Of a DNA stretch of 32,000 bases, positions 9,847-19,047 are shown piece after piece. This stretch comes from Halomicronema hongdechloris C2206 (GTDB lineage: Bacteria; Cyanobacteriota; Cyanobacteriia; Phormidesmidales; Phormidesmidaceae), in the NCBI RefSeq assembly GCF_002075285.3, contig NZ_CP021983.2, forward strand, positions 3,360,001 through 3,392,000, given 5' to 3'. Each line of letters begins with the position of its first letter. Position 1 is the first letter of the stretch. Position numbers and translations under genes: made by a program. The notes below the pieces were generated by a model. The model was not told the origin of the DNA, searched no databases, and saw nothing but the letters and a program-made list of their open reading frames with translations.

Positions 9847-10785
9847 GGCCGGATCGTCCATCAACTCCGAGCTCAACTCGACGCCCCGATTCACCGGACC
9901 GGGATGTAGCAATTTGACCCCGGGTTGGCACTGGCGGATGCGAGCGTGCGTGAGACCAAACTGCTGATGATACTCCCGTAGACTGGGAAGCCGATGCTGA
10001 CTCATGCGCTCCTGTTGCAGCCGCAGAGTCATGACAAAATCAGCTCGCTCCAGAGCCGGTGCCAGTTGCCAGTGCTGCACAATGGTGCGCGGTAGGGATG
10101 AAGCCGTTGTAAACGCCGCGGCAAAATCTGCTGGTAATAGGGTAGGAGGGGCTGCCAGATGCACCTCCGCCCCGCAGGCAGAGAGGCTCCAAAGATTGGA
10201 TCGGGCTACCCGGGAGTGCAGAATGTCACCGACGATGGCAATCTTTTTGCCCTGCAGCGGCTCAATGCCAGGATTTTTTGCATCGAGACTGAGGCAGAGG
10301 GTAAATAAATCCAGCAGAGCCTGGGAGGGATGCTCATGTTGACCATCCCCGGCATTGAGCACCGCCACTCCACTAGCCAGCCGATCGAGTTCGGTGGCAA
10401 TGGTGTGGGGGACACCGGCTTCCCGGTGGCGAATCACCATGATGTCGGCTCCCATGGCCAAGTAAGTCTTGGCCGTATCCAGAATGGTTTCTCCCTTCGT
10501 CAGAGAGGAGGAGCCGGTGGCAAAATTTAAGACATCGGCCGATAGTCGTTTGGCGGCTAGCTCAAAGCTACTGCGGGTCCGCGTTGACGGTTCAAAAAAT
10601 AGATTAGTGACCACCTGTCCCTGTAGGGTCGGCACCTTCTTCGTACGACGGGAGAGCACCTCCCGAAAACTCACGGCAGTCTGCACCACGGTGTCGTAGT
10701 CTGCGGGCGTAAATTCCGCCAGGGAAAGCACATGGTGACGAGTCCACTGGGCATCCGCCATGATAGATATGCCTAATGACGACAC
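9763..10785 (-). CDS. pyrB: Aspartate carbamoyltransferase catalytic subunit
   Basis: Motifs [30 protein letters not shown] and [10 protein letters not shown] are present. The ORF-track start at 10785 is GTG. The ATG at 10761 ([14 protein letters not shown]...) is the more likely start. Confidence 0.9.
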   Translation of the reverse strand: MSSLGISIMADAQWTRHHVLSLAEFTPADYDTVVQTAVSFREVLSRRTKKVPTLQGQVVTNLFFEPSTRTRSSFELAAKRLSADVLNFATGSSSLTKGETILDTAKTYLAMGADIMVIRHREAGVPHTIATELDRLASGVAVLNAGDGQHEHPSQALLDLFTLCLSLDAKNPGIEPLQGKKIAIVGDILHSRVARSNLWSLSACGAEVHLAAPPTLLPADFAAAFTTASSLPRTIVQHWQLAPALERADFVMTLRLQQERMSQHRLPSLREYHQQFGLTHARIRQCQPGVKLLHPGPVNRGVELSSELMDDPALSLIPQQVTSGVAVRMALLYLMGSRPR

Positions 10786-10806
10786 GACAGAGAGGGCTCA
10801 CGGTGC

Positions 10807-11349
10807 ATGTCCATGGAAACCCGATTCCAGTATTCCATGCTGCAGCAGTGCTGTGGCCTGTTGACGTCATTGCTCCTGTTGGGCCTGGTTGCCTGCCAAT
10901 CCGCTCAGCCCCCTTCGTCTCTAAGGCCCATTACTAATGGCCTTGACCTAGACGCAGTGATTGCTGCCCTCGATCGAGCCCTGGAGACTGGCGTCGATCT
11001 CACCACGGTCACTGTGTATCGCCTAGATGATCAATGCCAAGGATATATAGATGAAGCGGTGCGGGTCCCTAAAGAGCAGGCCCTACAAACCGTCATTGGC
11101 CAAATCTTATCGCAGCAAACCTTTTTAGGATTTGACCTGAGTGGCTATCGGGTCGATTATGACCCAACGGCAGCCACCATCACTATCGATCTACGTCTGG
11201 CCCCCGATTCTTTCCGACGCCTGGTCTCTTTGTCTAGCTGTGAACAACAGGCAATCTTCGGCAGCCTGCGTCAAACCTTAACGCGCCACCCTGATTGGAA
11301 AATCGACACGGTACAATTCACGGATCGAGGTCAGCCCCTGATGCTGTGA
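10807..11349 (+). CDS. Putative lipoprotein, GerMN-like domain
   Basis: 180 aa. There is a signal peptide with a lipobox, LLGLVAC. The likely start is the ATG at 10837 (MLQQCCGLLTSLLLLGLVAC). The body (VTVYRLDDQC...YIDEAVRVPKEQALQTVIGQIL...SSCEQQAIFGSLRQTLTRHPDWKIDTVQFTDRGQPL) resembles Germane/GerMN-type domains. Confidence 0.45.
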   Translation: MSMETRFQYSMLQQCCGLLTSLLLLGLVACQSAQPPSSLRPITNGLDLDAVIAALDRALETGVDLTTVTVYRLDDQCQGYIDEAVRVPKEQALQTVIGQILSQQTFLGFDLSGYRVDYDPTAATITIDLRLAPDSFRRLVSLSSCEQQAIFGSLRQTLTRHPDWKIDTVQFTDRGQPLML

Positions 11350-11482
11350 GATGGTGCTGTCGCGCCGACAACGGCTTCCTTAGGGGGCTAGCACTTATTG
11401 CGCTTTAGCATTGGCCCCCCAACTGTCCACTTGTAAAGCCGAGGCCGACGCTCCCCCCATTACCTATGATCAAGCAGTCTGA

Positions 11483-12034
11483 TCAATAGGCATCCTGCAA
11501 TTCGTAGAAATCGGGAGAAATGTAGTCCTTCCGCAGGGGCCAGCCGACCCAGTCTTCTGGCATCAGCAGCCGCTTCAGGTTGGGATGGCCCTCATAGACG
11601 ATGCCGTACATGTCGTAGCTCTCCCGCTCTTGCCAGTCAGCAGACCTCCAGATCCAGTAGACCGAGGGTACCCGAGGATTTTCTCGAGGCAAAAATACCT
11701 TCACTCGTACTTCCTCAGGACGGTCGGCATCATCGCTCACCTTAATCAGGTGGTAGAAGCTGACCAATTTCCCTCCTGGTCCGGTGTCATAGGCTCCCTG
11801 ACATTGCAGATAGTTGAATCCGTAGGTGTACAGGGCGGTGCAGATGGGAATTAGAAACTGAGACTCTACCCGTAACAGTTCTACACCGCTGTGGTCAGGT
11901 TCGAGGGCTTCGGCGTCGAAACCGTTGTCCGTTAACCAGCTACAGATTGGACCGATTTCAACCAGTTGACCTTGTGCCTGTTCCTGATCGTCACCATTTC
12001 CAGGAGTTGACGCCTGGGATTGCTGATCAGCCAT
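11483..12034 (-). CDS. ndhJ: NAD(P)H-quinone oxidoreductase (NDH-1) subunit J
   Basis: 183 aa. Contains [25 protein letters not shown]...YHLIKV...[31 protein letters not shown]. The start overlaps the ndhK stop by 8 nt. Confidence 0.92.
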   Translation of the reverse strand: MADQQSQASTPGNGDDQEQAQGQLVEIGPICSWLTDNGFDAEALEPDHSGVELLRVESQFLIPICTALYTYGFNYLQCQGAYDTGPGGKLVSFYHLIKVSDDADRPEEVRVKVFLPRENPRVPSVYWIWRSADWQERESYDMYGIVYEGHPNLKRLLMPEDWVGWPLRKDYISPDFYELQDAY

Positions 12035-12782
12035 TGTCGACAGTGTCCTCCTGCTGCTGTGACTCTGTTAAAGACGGCGATACTGGCATGCCTGTAGCGG
12101 CCCCCAGTTCCTGCGGTGGAGCCTGGCGGCCTTCAGCCTGAACATACTGTCCCGTCAAGATGGGCGGTACTGGCTTCAAATTGTGAGCGGTGGTGTAATA
12201 GCGATGGGTTTGTTCCATCTGGGCCCGCTCTTGCATCGATTCATTGGCCACTTTCTTGCGCAACTTGACGATGGCATCAATGATGGCCTCGGGTCGGGGT
12301 GGGCAGCCAGGAATGTAGACGTCTACGGGAATGAGCTTATCTACTCCCCGTACCGCTGTCGTTGAATCACTGCTGAACATACCGCCGGTAATCGTGCAGG
12401 CTCCCATGGCCATAACATACTTGGGGTCTGGCATCTGCTCATACAGACGCACTACGGCCGGCGCCATTTTCATGGTGATAGTGCCAGCGGTGATGATTAA
12501 ATCAGCCTGCCGTGGGCTAGCGCGCGGTAGCAAACCAAACCGGTCAAAGTCAAATCGAGAGCCGATCAGGGCGGCAAACTCGATGAAGCAACAGGCCGTG
12601 CCGTACATCAGCGGGAATAGACTGGAAAGGCGGCTCCAATTGTATAAATCGTCGACCGTGGTCAAGATGATGTTTTCTGAGAGATCCTGGGTCACGGCAG
12701 GTGGAGCCGCAGGACTACTGATGCGTTCATCAGGCGCTATCATCGGGCGCTTAGGAGGAAGTGTATTTGCATTCATGACCAT
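12027..12782 (-). CDS. ndhK: NAD(P)H-quinone oxidoreductase (NDH-1) subunit K
   Basis: 251 aa. Contains [38 protein letters not shown]...[10 protein letters not shown]...[10 protein letters not shown], the Fe-S cluster N2 cysteine motifs. The third-codon ATG at 12776 forms an ATGA overlap with the ndhC stop and may be the real start. Confidence 0.92.
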   Translation of the reverse strand: MVMNANTLPPKRPMIAPDERISSPAAPPAVTQDLSENIILTTVDDLYNWSRLSSLFPLMYGTACCFIEFAALIGSRFDFDRFGLLPRASPRQADLIITAGTITMKMAPAVVRLYEQMPDPKYVMAMGACTITGGMFSSDSTTAVRGVDKLIPVDVYIPGCPPRPEAIIDAIVKLRKKVANESMQERAQMEQTHRYYTTAHNLKPVPPILTGQYVQAEGRQAPPQELGAATGMPVSPSLTESQQQEDTVDNG

Positions 12783-13135
12783 TCCAATGCTCCTTTTCGC
12801 CAGGCATACACGAGAGCAACCACCAAGATGGCAATGAAGATGAGTGCTTCTACGAAAGCAAGTAGCCCTAAGCGATGGAAGGCCACGGCCCAGGGGTAGA
12901 GAAAGACAGTCTCGACGTCAAAGACGACGAAGACCAGGGCGAACATGTAGTAGCGAATGTTGAACTGAATCCAAGCACCGCCGATGGGCTCCATGCCAGA
13001 TTCGTAGGTGGTTCGCCGCTCTACCCCGCGACCTTTGGGGCGCAACAGCCACGAGGCCGTCAAAGCCAAGATAGGCACCAGACTGCAGAACAGCAGGAAA
13101 ACCAGAAAATATTCGTATCCGTTTAAGACAAACAC
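12773..13135 (-). CDS. ndhC: NAD(P)H-quinone oxidoreductase (NDH-1) subunit 3
   Basis: 120 aa: (M)[32 protein letters not shown]...[40 protein letters not shown]. The start is GTG at 13135, with an in-frame TAA two codons upstream. Confidence 0.92.
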   Translation of the reverse strand: MFVLNGYEYFLVFLLFCSLVPILALTASWLLRPKGRGVERRTTYESGMEPIGGAWIQFNIRYYMFALVFVVFDVETVFLYPWAVAFHRLGLLAFVEALIFIAILVVALVYAWRKGALEWS

Positions 13136-13501
13136 CCGTTAGCTACTGCCTCACACTCAACTCAACATTCAGCACAGCCATCTTCTGAGGACGGTTGTCC
13201 CGTCTAGGCCTTAGCTTCATTATAATTTACATATCTATCAACTTCAGGGGAGCGTCTCAGAATCTTCCTGTCAGGCAGGTTTTGGTCCTCGCCTCACGAC
13301 CTTGGCCAACAACGCAGATTATAATAAATCCCTGACTATGTCATAATCTTTAACACACGGTTATGCCAAGCCCAGCTTGAGACGCGGAGTTTCCCGCTAG
13401 GCAAATTCCGGGCTTTGAGCTAGACGCAGTTCATTTTAAGGGGTTTTTTCCCGATCCGTGGTCTGGTCTTAGATAGAGATATGGAATTACCTCCATAGGG
13501 A
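13136..13501. promoter_or_regulatory. Divergent promoter region between ndhCKJ and rubA-ycf48-psbEFLJ
   Basis: 366-nt AT-rich non-coding spacer between divergently oriented operons. It has -10-like hexamers: TATAAT at 13221-13226, TATAAT at 13320-13325 (both inside the palindromic ATTATAAT, so readable on either strand) and CATAAT at 13342-13347. No transcription start data are available. Confidence 0.3.
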
Positions 13502-13906
13502 ATGGCTATGAGTACCGAGCCTAATACTCCTACCAACATGGATGCCAACATGGATGCGACTCCTGAGCAGGCGGTGTCTGAGAACGCTGAGCCTAGAGAG
13601 TTAGACCACTATGAGTGTCGCAGTTGCGGCTATGTCTATGAGCCTGAGAAGGGAGATAACCGGTCGAATGTTCCGGCGGGTACCTTGTTCAGTGAGTTAC
13701 CTGAAGGCTGGCGTTGCCCAATCTGCGGGGCTCCCAAGCGGCAATTCAGCAATATCGGTCCGGCAGGCTCCCCCTCTGGCTTCAAGGAAAACCTGGGCTA
13801 TGGGCTAGGGGTGAATACTCTGAGCCCCCGTCAGAAAAACGCGTTGATCTTTGGTGCCCTGGCCTTAGGGTTTTTGTTTTTCATGAGTCTCTATGGGCTT
13901 CGATGA
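13502..13906 (+). CDS. rubA: Membrane-anchored rubredoxin RubA (photosystem II assembly)
   Basis: The rubredoxin CxxC pairs CRSCGYVYEPEKGD and WRCPICGAPK are followed by a C-terminal TM anchor (ALIFGALALGFLFFMSLYG). It sits in the conserved position upstream of ycf48. The N-terminal extension has several candidate Met starts. Confidence 0.9.
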   Translation: MAMSTEPNTPTNMDANMDATPEQAVSENAEPRELDHYECRSCGYVYEPEKGDNRSNVPAGTLFSELPEGWRCPICGAPKRQFSNIGPAGSPSGFKENLGYGLGVNTLSPRQKNALIFGALALGFLFFMSLYGLR

Positions 13907-13966
13907 GCCCATAGAGCCAGCAGTTATTGCTGACTGTTTCTTCGTCACTGTAGAGATAAGTAGACT

Positions 13967-14980
13967 GTGATGCGTGCGTTGGTCACCAGATTAAAGCAGG
14001 GATTGGCTCTAGTTGCGATCGCACTTTTCGCAGCCAGCTGTAGCAACTACCTGCTTCCCAACTTAGAGGAAAACCCCTGGGACATTTTGTCCCTTCCCAC
14101 CGATGCCACCTTTAATGACATTGCCTTTACCGACACCGATCCGAATCATGGCTGGCTGGTAGGTACCGGCAATACCCTGATGGAAACACAAGATGGTGGC
14201 AACACCTGGGCACCAAAAACCCTAGACTTAGACCAAAAGTACCGTCTTACCTCGGTGAGTTTCTCAGGCACTGAGGGATGGGTAACCGGTCAGCCCTCAC
14301 TATTGCTACATACCACTGATGGCGGCGCTAGCTGGGAACGGATTCCCCTGAGTGAAAAACTACCCGGCAAGCCATTTCTCATTACCGCTTTAGGCCGCCA
14401 ATCTGCCGAGATGGCCACTGATGTCGGCGCCATCTACCGCACAGAAGACAACGGCGAAACTTGGCAAGCCCTAGTAGAAGGGGCTGTAGGAGTTGTGCGC
14501 AATATGAATCGCTCTGCTGACGGGCACTACGTGGCAGTCTCCTCCCGAGGTAACTTCTACTCCACCTGGCAACCTGGAGAGCGTGAGTGGCACCCCCACA
14601 ATCGCCAAAATTCACGACGGCTGCAGAACATGGGCTTCGATCGGGATGGCCACCTTTGGTTGTTGGCTCGGGGCGGGCAGATCCAATTTGCTGAATCTGG
14701 AGGAGTCGAAGACTTCGAAGACCCAATTAACCCTGAGCTTGTCACTAGCTGGGGGCTGCTGGATATCGCCTACCGCACCCCCGATGAGCTCTGGGTATCG
14801 GGCGGCAGTGGCAATCTGCTCTGCAGTTTTGATGGTGGCAAAACCTGGTATCGGGATGAATCTGTCGAAGATGTGCCATCCAATCTGTATCGCATTGTGT
14901 TCACCGACGCTAATCGCGGCTTCGTCCTAGGACAACGAGGCTATTTACTGAAATATGCCGACACCACTGAAACTGCTTGA
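13967..14980 (+). CDS. ycf48: Photosystem II assembly factor Ycf48 (HCF136 homologue), lipoprotein
   Basis: 337 aa. It has a lipobox (LFAASC) and beta-propeller repeats: NPWDILSLPTDATFNDIAFTD..HGWLVGTGNTLMETQDGGNTW, then TTDGGASWERI, TEDNGETWQAL and SFDGGKTWY. It lies between rubA and psbE. GTG at 13967 or ATG at 13970 could be the start. Confidence 0.92.
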   Translation: MMRALVTRLKQGLALVAIALFAASCSNYLLPNLEENPWDILSLPTDATFNDIAFTDTDPNHGWLVGTGNTLMETQDGGNTWAPKTLDLDQKYRLTSVSFSGTEGWVTGQPSLLLHTTDGGASWERIPLSEKLPGKPFLITALGRQSAEMATDVGAIYRTEDNGETWQALVEGAVGVVRNMNRSADGHYVAVSSRGNFYSTWQPGEREWHPHNRQNSRRLQNMGFDRDGHLWLLARGGQIQFAESGGVEDFEDPINPELVTSWGLLDIAYRTPDELWVSGGSGNLLCSFDGGKTWYRDESVEDVPSNLYRIVFTDANRGFVLGQRGYLLKYADTTETA

Positions 14981-15099
14981 TGCCCAATTGGTTGGTCAAA
15001 TTTCACTGTAAATTAGAGAATAGCTCACGGTTGTTAAGCATTTCGTTCTTTCCGTATGATTGAATAGGAAGAGTCTTGAACATGTTGCTGTTTGTAAGT

Positions 15100-15106
15100 A
15101 AGGAGG
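15100..15106 (+). promoter_or_regulatory. Shine-Dalgarno sequence of psbE
   Basis: AAGGAGG lies 10 nt upstream of the psbE ATG at 15117. Confidence 0.6.
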
Positions 15107-15116
15107 AACCGTTTAG

Positions 15117-15365
15117 ATGGCAGGTACAACTGGAGAACGTCCATTTGCTGACATTATTACCAGTGTTCGTTACTGGGTGATTCACAGCATCACCATTCCG
15201 GCATTGTTTATTGCTGGTTGGTTGTTCGTTAGCACCGGCCTTGCCTATGATGCCTTTGGCACCCCTCGGCCTAACGAGTACTATCCAAAGAACCAGATGG
15301 AGCTGCCAGTGGTCTCAGACCGCTACGAAGCCGATCAGCAAATTAACACCTTTACGGGCCAGTAA
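15117..15365 (+). CDS. psbE: Cytochrome b559 alpha subunit
   Basis: 82 aa: [56 protein letters not shown]. This is the canonical PsbE sequence with the heme-ligand His. Confidence 0.95.
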   Translation: MAGTTGERPFADIITSVRYWVIHSITIPALFIAGWLFVSTGLAYDAFGTPRPNEYYPKNQMELPVVSDRYEADQQINTFTGQ

Positions 15366-15400
15366 CGTTAACTCATTTGTCGTCATTAGGTGAGGTACCT

Positions 15401-15535
15401 ATGCAAAGTAACTCTCCCAACGAACCGGTTACCTATCCCATTTTCACAGTTCGGTGGCTGTCGGTTCATGCCCTAGCTATCCCGACTGTATTCTTCCTCG
15501 GTGCGATTGCCGCCATGCAGTTTATTCAGCGATAG
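15401..15535 (+). CDS. psbF: Cytochrome b559 beta subunit
   Basis: Below the ORF-track cutoff. Manual translation gives the 44-aa product [44 protein letters not shown], which is canonical PsbF. Confidence 0.93.
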   Translation: MQSNSPNEPVTYPIFTVRWLSVHALAIPTVFFLGAIAAMQFIQR

Positions 15536-15544
15536 GAGTTTATC

Positions 15545-15664
15545 GTGGAGCGGACACCAAACCCTAATAAGCAACCAGTCGAACTAAATCGAACGTCGTT
15601 GTACCTGGGATTGCTTCTCATATTTGTGCTGGGATTTTTGTTTTCCAGCTATTTCTTCAACTAG
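15545..15664 (+). CDS. psbL: Photosystem II protein L
   Basis: Manual translation from the GTG at 15545 gives the 39-aa product (M)[38 protein letters not shown], which is canonical PsbL. It begins 9 nt after the psbF stop. Confidence 0.9.
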   Translation: MERTPNPNKQPVELNRTSLYLGLLLIFVLGFLFSSYFFN

Positions 15665-15791
15665 ACATTCCCAGTATTTTCCCAGGCGGTTGAATTAGCA
15701 TCGATTAGCATAGGCCTTGTTACCATGCTGCTCGATGCCAGATTGTCACTGTTCGTTTAGGCTGTGCATGAGATATAGATAGGAGAACATT

Positions 15792-15911
15792 ATGTTGCAA
15801 AGCGGTCGAATTCCTCTGTGGCTAGTCGGGACAATTGCTGGCACAGGCATTCTCGTTGTCGTCGGGTTGTATTTCTACGGAGCTTATGTAGGCGTTGGCT
15901 CCGCCATGTAG
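15792..15911 (+). CDS. psbJ: Photosystem II protein J
   Basis: Manual translation gives the 39-aa product [39 protein letters not shown], which is canonical PsbJ. AGGAG at 15781-15785 serves as the RBS. Confidence 0.9.
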   Translation: MLQSGRIPLWLVGTIAGTGILVVVGLYFYGAYVGVGSAM

Positions 15912-15998
15912 GCGCCAGAGTAGTCAGAATGTTTCCGCTATTGACTCTAATGGGCATCGACGACTGATATAAGATCAAGGTTTATCTGACTGACCGTT

Positions 15999-16030
15999 AA
16001 GGTCCAGAAGTGTCTATGCTTCTGGGCCTT
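15999..16030. terminator. Candidate bidirectional terminator hairpin between psbJ and the convergent metallophosphoesterase gene
   Basis: AAGGUCCAGAAG-UGUCUAUG-CUUCUGGGCCUU forms a 12-bp stem (one G-U pair) with an 8-nt loop. It lies 88 nt after the psbJ stop and 96 nt after the minus-strand stop at 16126. There is no strong U-tract. Confidence 0.4.
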
Positions 16031-16125
16031 AGCGATTAGAGCGCACTTAGCGGCAATCTTGCCAACAGTAGCAGACCTGCCCCGCAAGGTCGCCTGGGCA
16101 GAAGTGGGCTGACTATTCGCCCAAC

Positions 16126-18042
16126 TTACTCGGGAGAAACCACTGATGTCTCGTTGGATGCCGATGAGGTCCCTAGGGAAAACTCATCGAATTTAACCAC
16201 TTCGCTCTCTGGAGCACGGGTATCGAAGTAATAGCTGCTAACAGTACCGCTCTCGGTGTCTAGCAGGCTAAAGGCGGTGATGTCATTACTGGCGATATAA
16301 GGTAAGGGATCTCCCTGCTCATTGGTTAGGGGGGCCACGGTAGGAATCTGGGGGCGTAACCCATTGGGATCGCCACTGGCGGCATAGTAGTCCTGGCGAT
16401 AGCCATAGCGTAAATCTCCATTGGCCTCAGCAGGTGGTATCTGGCGTTGCTGCTCTTGCCAGTAGGCGCCATAGGTGTTGCCCACATTGGAGGTTTCCAA
16501 GAAATGCATCCCACCAGGGCTAACAAAACGATTCCAAATATGGGAATGACCGTAGAGCACCAGATTCACTCCGGCTTGTTCCAACAGCGGCATCAAATCT
16601 CGCCCTAAATAATCATCTTGGCGGGGATATTCGTAGCGGATGGCTTGCAATTGGCCGTTATCCTGGCGGTCGAAGCGGCGAACTGGCTCTGTGAAGGGAG
16701 GAACGACGTTGTCTCCCAGGGAATGGGGGGGATGGTGCAGCATGACGATTTTGTATTTGGCTTGGCGAAAGGCGTCGCTCGCTAGCTCTCGCTGCAACCA
16801 TTGATACTGCCAGCTTCCTGGCGTAATCGGCTCAAAGATGTGATTGCCGTGGCCCCAAGCCCCAGGGTTGTGGAGATCGGCGGCCCGTTCTCGATAGCGT
16901 CCTCGAGTATTGAAGCCCACGTCTGGCTGGCGCCAGATGCGAGTAACGTAAAGGGAGATTAGCCGCACGTCGCCGAAGGTGACGGCATAGTAACGGGAGG
17001 TTTGCTCAGGGCGATCAGGGTTGGGAACGGTGCTGCGGGGCAGGCTGAAGATCTCTTCATAGGTGTCGCTGTTGAAGGAATTATCGACAATCCACTGGCG
17101 TCGTAGTGGTTCCGAATCGGTAGGATTGAAGACCTCGGCGTGGTCTTGATAGAGCTGAATGGCGGCAGAGCGCGGCACGGGATCGTTGAACTGCTCTCCC
17201 AGAGACGTGGCCATGGAGTAGCGGCCCATGACCTCGTGGTTGCCGATGGCTGGGAATAGGGGAGCATGCTGAATTAATTCCCCGCCTCGGTAAAGCGTCG
17301 TTTGATCCGCGTGGGTCAGTGCATAGTGGGCTCGTCCCTGTAGGCAGGGAAAGAAGGCATACCCCTGATTGTCATCGAACCATTCCGAGGCTCGATCGGG
17401 GATGTTGACTAAATCCCCGGCCATAAAGATGGCATCGACTTGCCCGGCCGTCTCGGCCACCTGCTGCAGGTTGGCTGGGGTCATGGGTTTGAGCTGGTGA
17501 TCAGAAGTTAAGAGAATGGTCAGGGGTTGGCCAGCCGCAGGGGCGGCGCTGAGGGTAAAGAGCTCACTGCGGATTAATTCGCCGTCTTCCCTCAGGCTGA
17601 TGACTCGATAAGGAATGCGTTGACCGGTTGGTAGGCCGGTGAGTTCAGCTTCATGGCGCCAGATGGGCCGATGGATGGGAGCCTTTAAATCAGCCACTGT
17701 CACATCCGCTAGAGTGACCTGGGAGTCGCTGTCTTCCCGCATCCGGCTGAGTTGGGTGGTGGTAGCAATGGCGCGCCATTGTTCGGGCTCGCCTTGGGGA
17801 AGTCCCGAGCCAGCGACAACCGCGTGGTCGCGACCGGCAAACTCGGTGAACCAGACCACCCGCACCGATGTGGGCGTGGGATTTTGCAGGAAGGGATCGG
17901 TGAGTAAGCCGCTGCTCACGGCAGGTGTCTCCTCAGTTTGGATTCGGGGTGACAGCCTAGGATACATCGTTACTAGTAGGGCTGTCGTTAACACCAGTAG
18001 TAACCCTGCTACCAGCAAGGTTAAATCTTCACGCTTTGCCAT
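16126..18042 (-). CDS. Metallophosphoesterase (purple-acid-phosphatase-like) with N-terminal membrane anchor or signal
   Basis: 638 aa with an N-terminal hydrophobic segment (LTLLVAGLLLVLTTALLV). The calcineurin-like phosphoesterase motifs appear in order: TSDHQ (DxH), AGDLVNIPD (GDxxD), GNHE, MLHHPPHS and YGHSH. Confidence 0.8.
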   Translation of the reverse strand: MAKREDLTLLVAGLLLVLTTALLVTMYPRLSPRIQTEETPAVSSGLLTDPFLQNPTPTSVRVVWFTEFAGRDHAVVAGSGLPQGEPEQWRAIATTTQLSRMREDSDSQVTLADVTVADLKAPIHRPIWRHEAELTGLPTGQRIPYRVISLREDGELIRSELFTLSAAPAAGQPLTILLTSDHQLKPMTPANLQQVAETAGQVDAIFMAGDLVNIPDRASEWFDDNQGYAFFPCLQGRAHYALTHADQTTLYRGGELIQHAPLFPAIGNHEVMGRYSMATSLGEQFNDPVPRSAAIQLYQDHAEVFNPTDSEPLRRQWIVDNSFNSDTYEEIFSLPRSTVPNPDRPEQTSRYYAVTFGDVRLISLYVTRIWRQPDVGFNTRGRYRERAADLHNPGAWGHGNHIFEPITPGSWQYQWLQRELASDAFRQAKYKIVMLHHPPHSLGDNVVPPFTEPVRRFDRQDNGQLQAIRYEYPRQDDYLGRDLMPLLEQAGVNLVLYGHSHIWNRFVSPGGMHFLETSNVGNTYGAYWQEQQRQIPPAEANGDLRYGYRQDYYAASGDPNGLRPQIPTVAPLTNEQGDPLPYIASNDITAFSLLDTESGTVSSYYFDTRAPESEVVKFDEFSLGTSSASNETSVVSPE

Positions 18043-18231
18043 GGAGCACCACTTATCGCCCCCTGTAGATTAGCTCAGAGGAGATTTGAAACATCACGGG
18101 TGGCTCAAGTTTTGTGCCGCCCACAGCTTGATGGTGGTGACTGTGGCAATTGTGCAGCTCAAAAAGCGTCCTGCTATTGCCCAGTGACGGCCTTGGCCTG
18201 TGCCAAGCTTTAGGTAGGTATTAAGGGACCT

Positions 18232-19047
18232 ATGGAGCGACAAGATTGCGATCGCATCTCTTCGGCCTGGTGGCGCCAACTGGTGTGGGCCGCCTTCTTG
18301 TTGGCGTCCTTAGGCGTACACGGGTTGGTATTGTCTTTGCCGATAGCCACCCATGACTCGCCTGAAGACACTGAGGACGACAGGCCTACCCCCGCGGCCG
18401 TAGCGACCATAGCCGTGACCCCGTTGTCGACCTCTCCCCCCCAGAAACCCCAACCCCAGCGGCCCCGCCGCCGCCACCCCCCCCAGAGAACCGTCCTCCA
18501 GTGCAGCCCCAAGCCACCCCATCACCTTCTCCCGAGCCTATGCCCCAGACCACCGTAGCCCCTGCCACGGAGACGCCTAGGCCTGCCTCAGATACGCCTG
18601 AGGCTTCTGCAGAGACGCCCCCTTCTTTGCAGGAACGGCTGCAGGATCGCAGCCAGTATGGTGACTATGATGGCAGCCAGGTGAAGTCAAGCGGCCGAGC
18701 AAAAAGTGTGGCCTATCTCACCTGGCAGGCTGGCTTGGCTTCCAATGATTATGGTGGTCAGGCCCCGGCTCACACCCCGGAAAAAATGACCCTTGTCGAT
18801 GGCCTATGCCCTAGACCACTGCCTGGATACTCCTCCAGCCACTGCCTATGTGGGCGTCGTCCTAGACTCCCAGGGGAACCTTCAGAGTGATTTGGCGATA
18901 TTGTCCAGCAGCGGCTATGCCATCTTGGATGAAGCCGCCCGGGCAACCATTCAGCAACATGATTTCTCCCCCCCCGCAGAACTGACCGCCTACTCGATAG
19001 AGGTGGAGATAGAGAACTATCCTGACGACTGTCCAGAGAGGACCTGA
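18232..19047 (+). pseudogene. TonB-like protein (N-terminal TM, Pro-rich linker, TonB_C-like domain), interrupted by two compensating frameshifts
   Basis: Three overlapping ORFs together make one plausible protein. Frame 1 (18232-18558) gives a TM helix (LVWAAFLLASLGVHGLVLSL) plus the start of a Pro-rich linker. Frame 0 (open 18375-18890) gives PPETPTPAAPPPPPPPENRPPVQPQATPSPSPEP...SLQERLQDRSQYGDYDG.... Frame 1 again (after the TGA at 18787-18789, to 19047) gives YALDHCLDTPPATAYVGVVLDSQGNLQSDLAILSSSGYAILDEAARATIQQHDF, which is TonB C-terminal-like. It could equally reflect assembly errors. Confidence 0.5.

Noticed and set aside
11383-11420. Possible terminator hairpin (GGGGGC...GCCCCC) between the lipoprotein gene and ndhJ
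   Set aside because: The stem is interrupted and the loop is about 25 nt with bulges. It is not convincing as an intrinsic terminator.
13224-13245. TTTACATA near the ndhC/rubA promoters as a possible HLR1 (RpaB) site
   Set aside because: Only one half-site resembles (G/T)TTACA. The expected second direct repeat 2 nt downstream (TATCAACT) does not match.
18094-18568. Several minus-strand ORFs (18094-18279, 18210-18512, 18310-18525, 18386-18568) with Gly/Arg/Trp-rich translations
   Set aside because: They are the reverse complement of the Pro-rich (CCN) linker of the TonB-like gene. GGN-rich antisense reading gives poly-Gly/Arg artefacts.
18781-18786. A6 run as the site of the second frameshift in the TonB-like gene
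   Set aside because: The frame-1 stop (TGA, 18787-18789) immediately follows the run. A length change there cannot join frame 0 to the downstream frame-1 segment, so the shift must lie at or after 18790.
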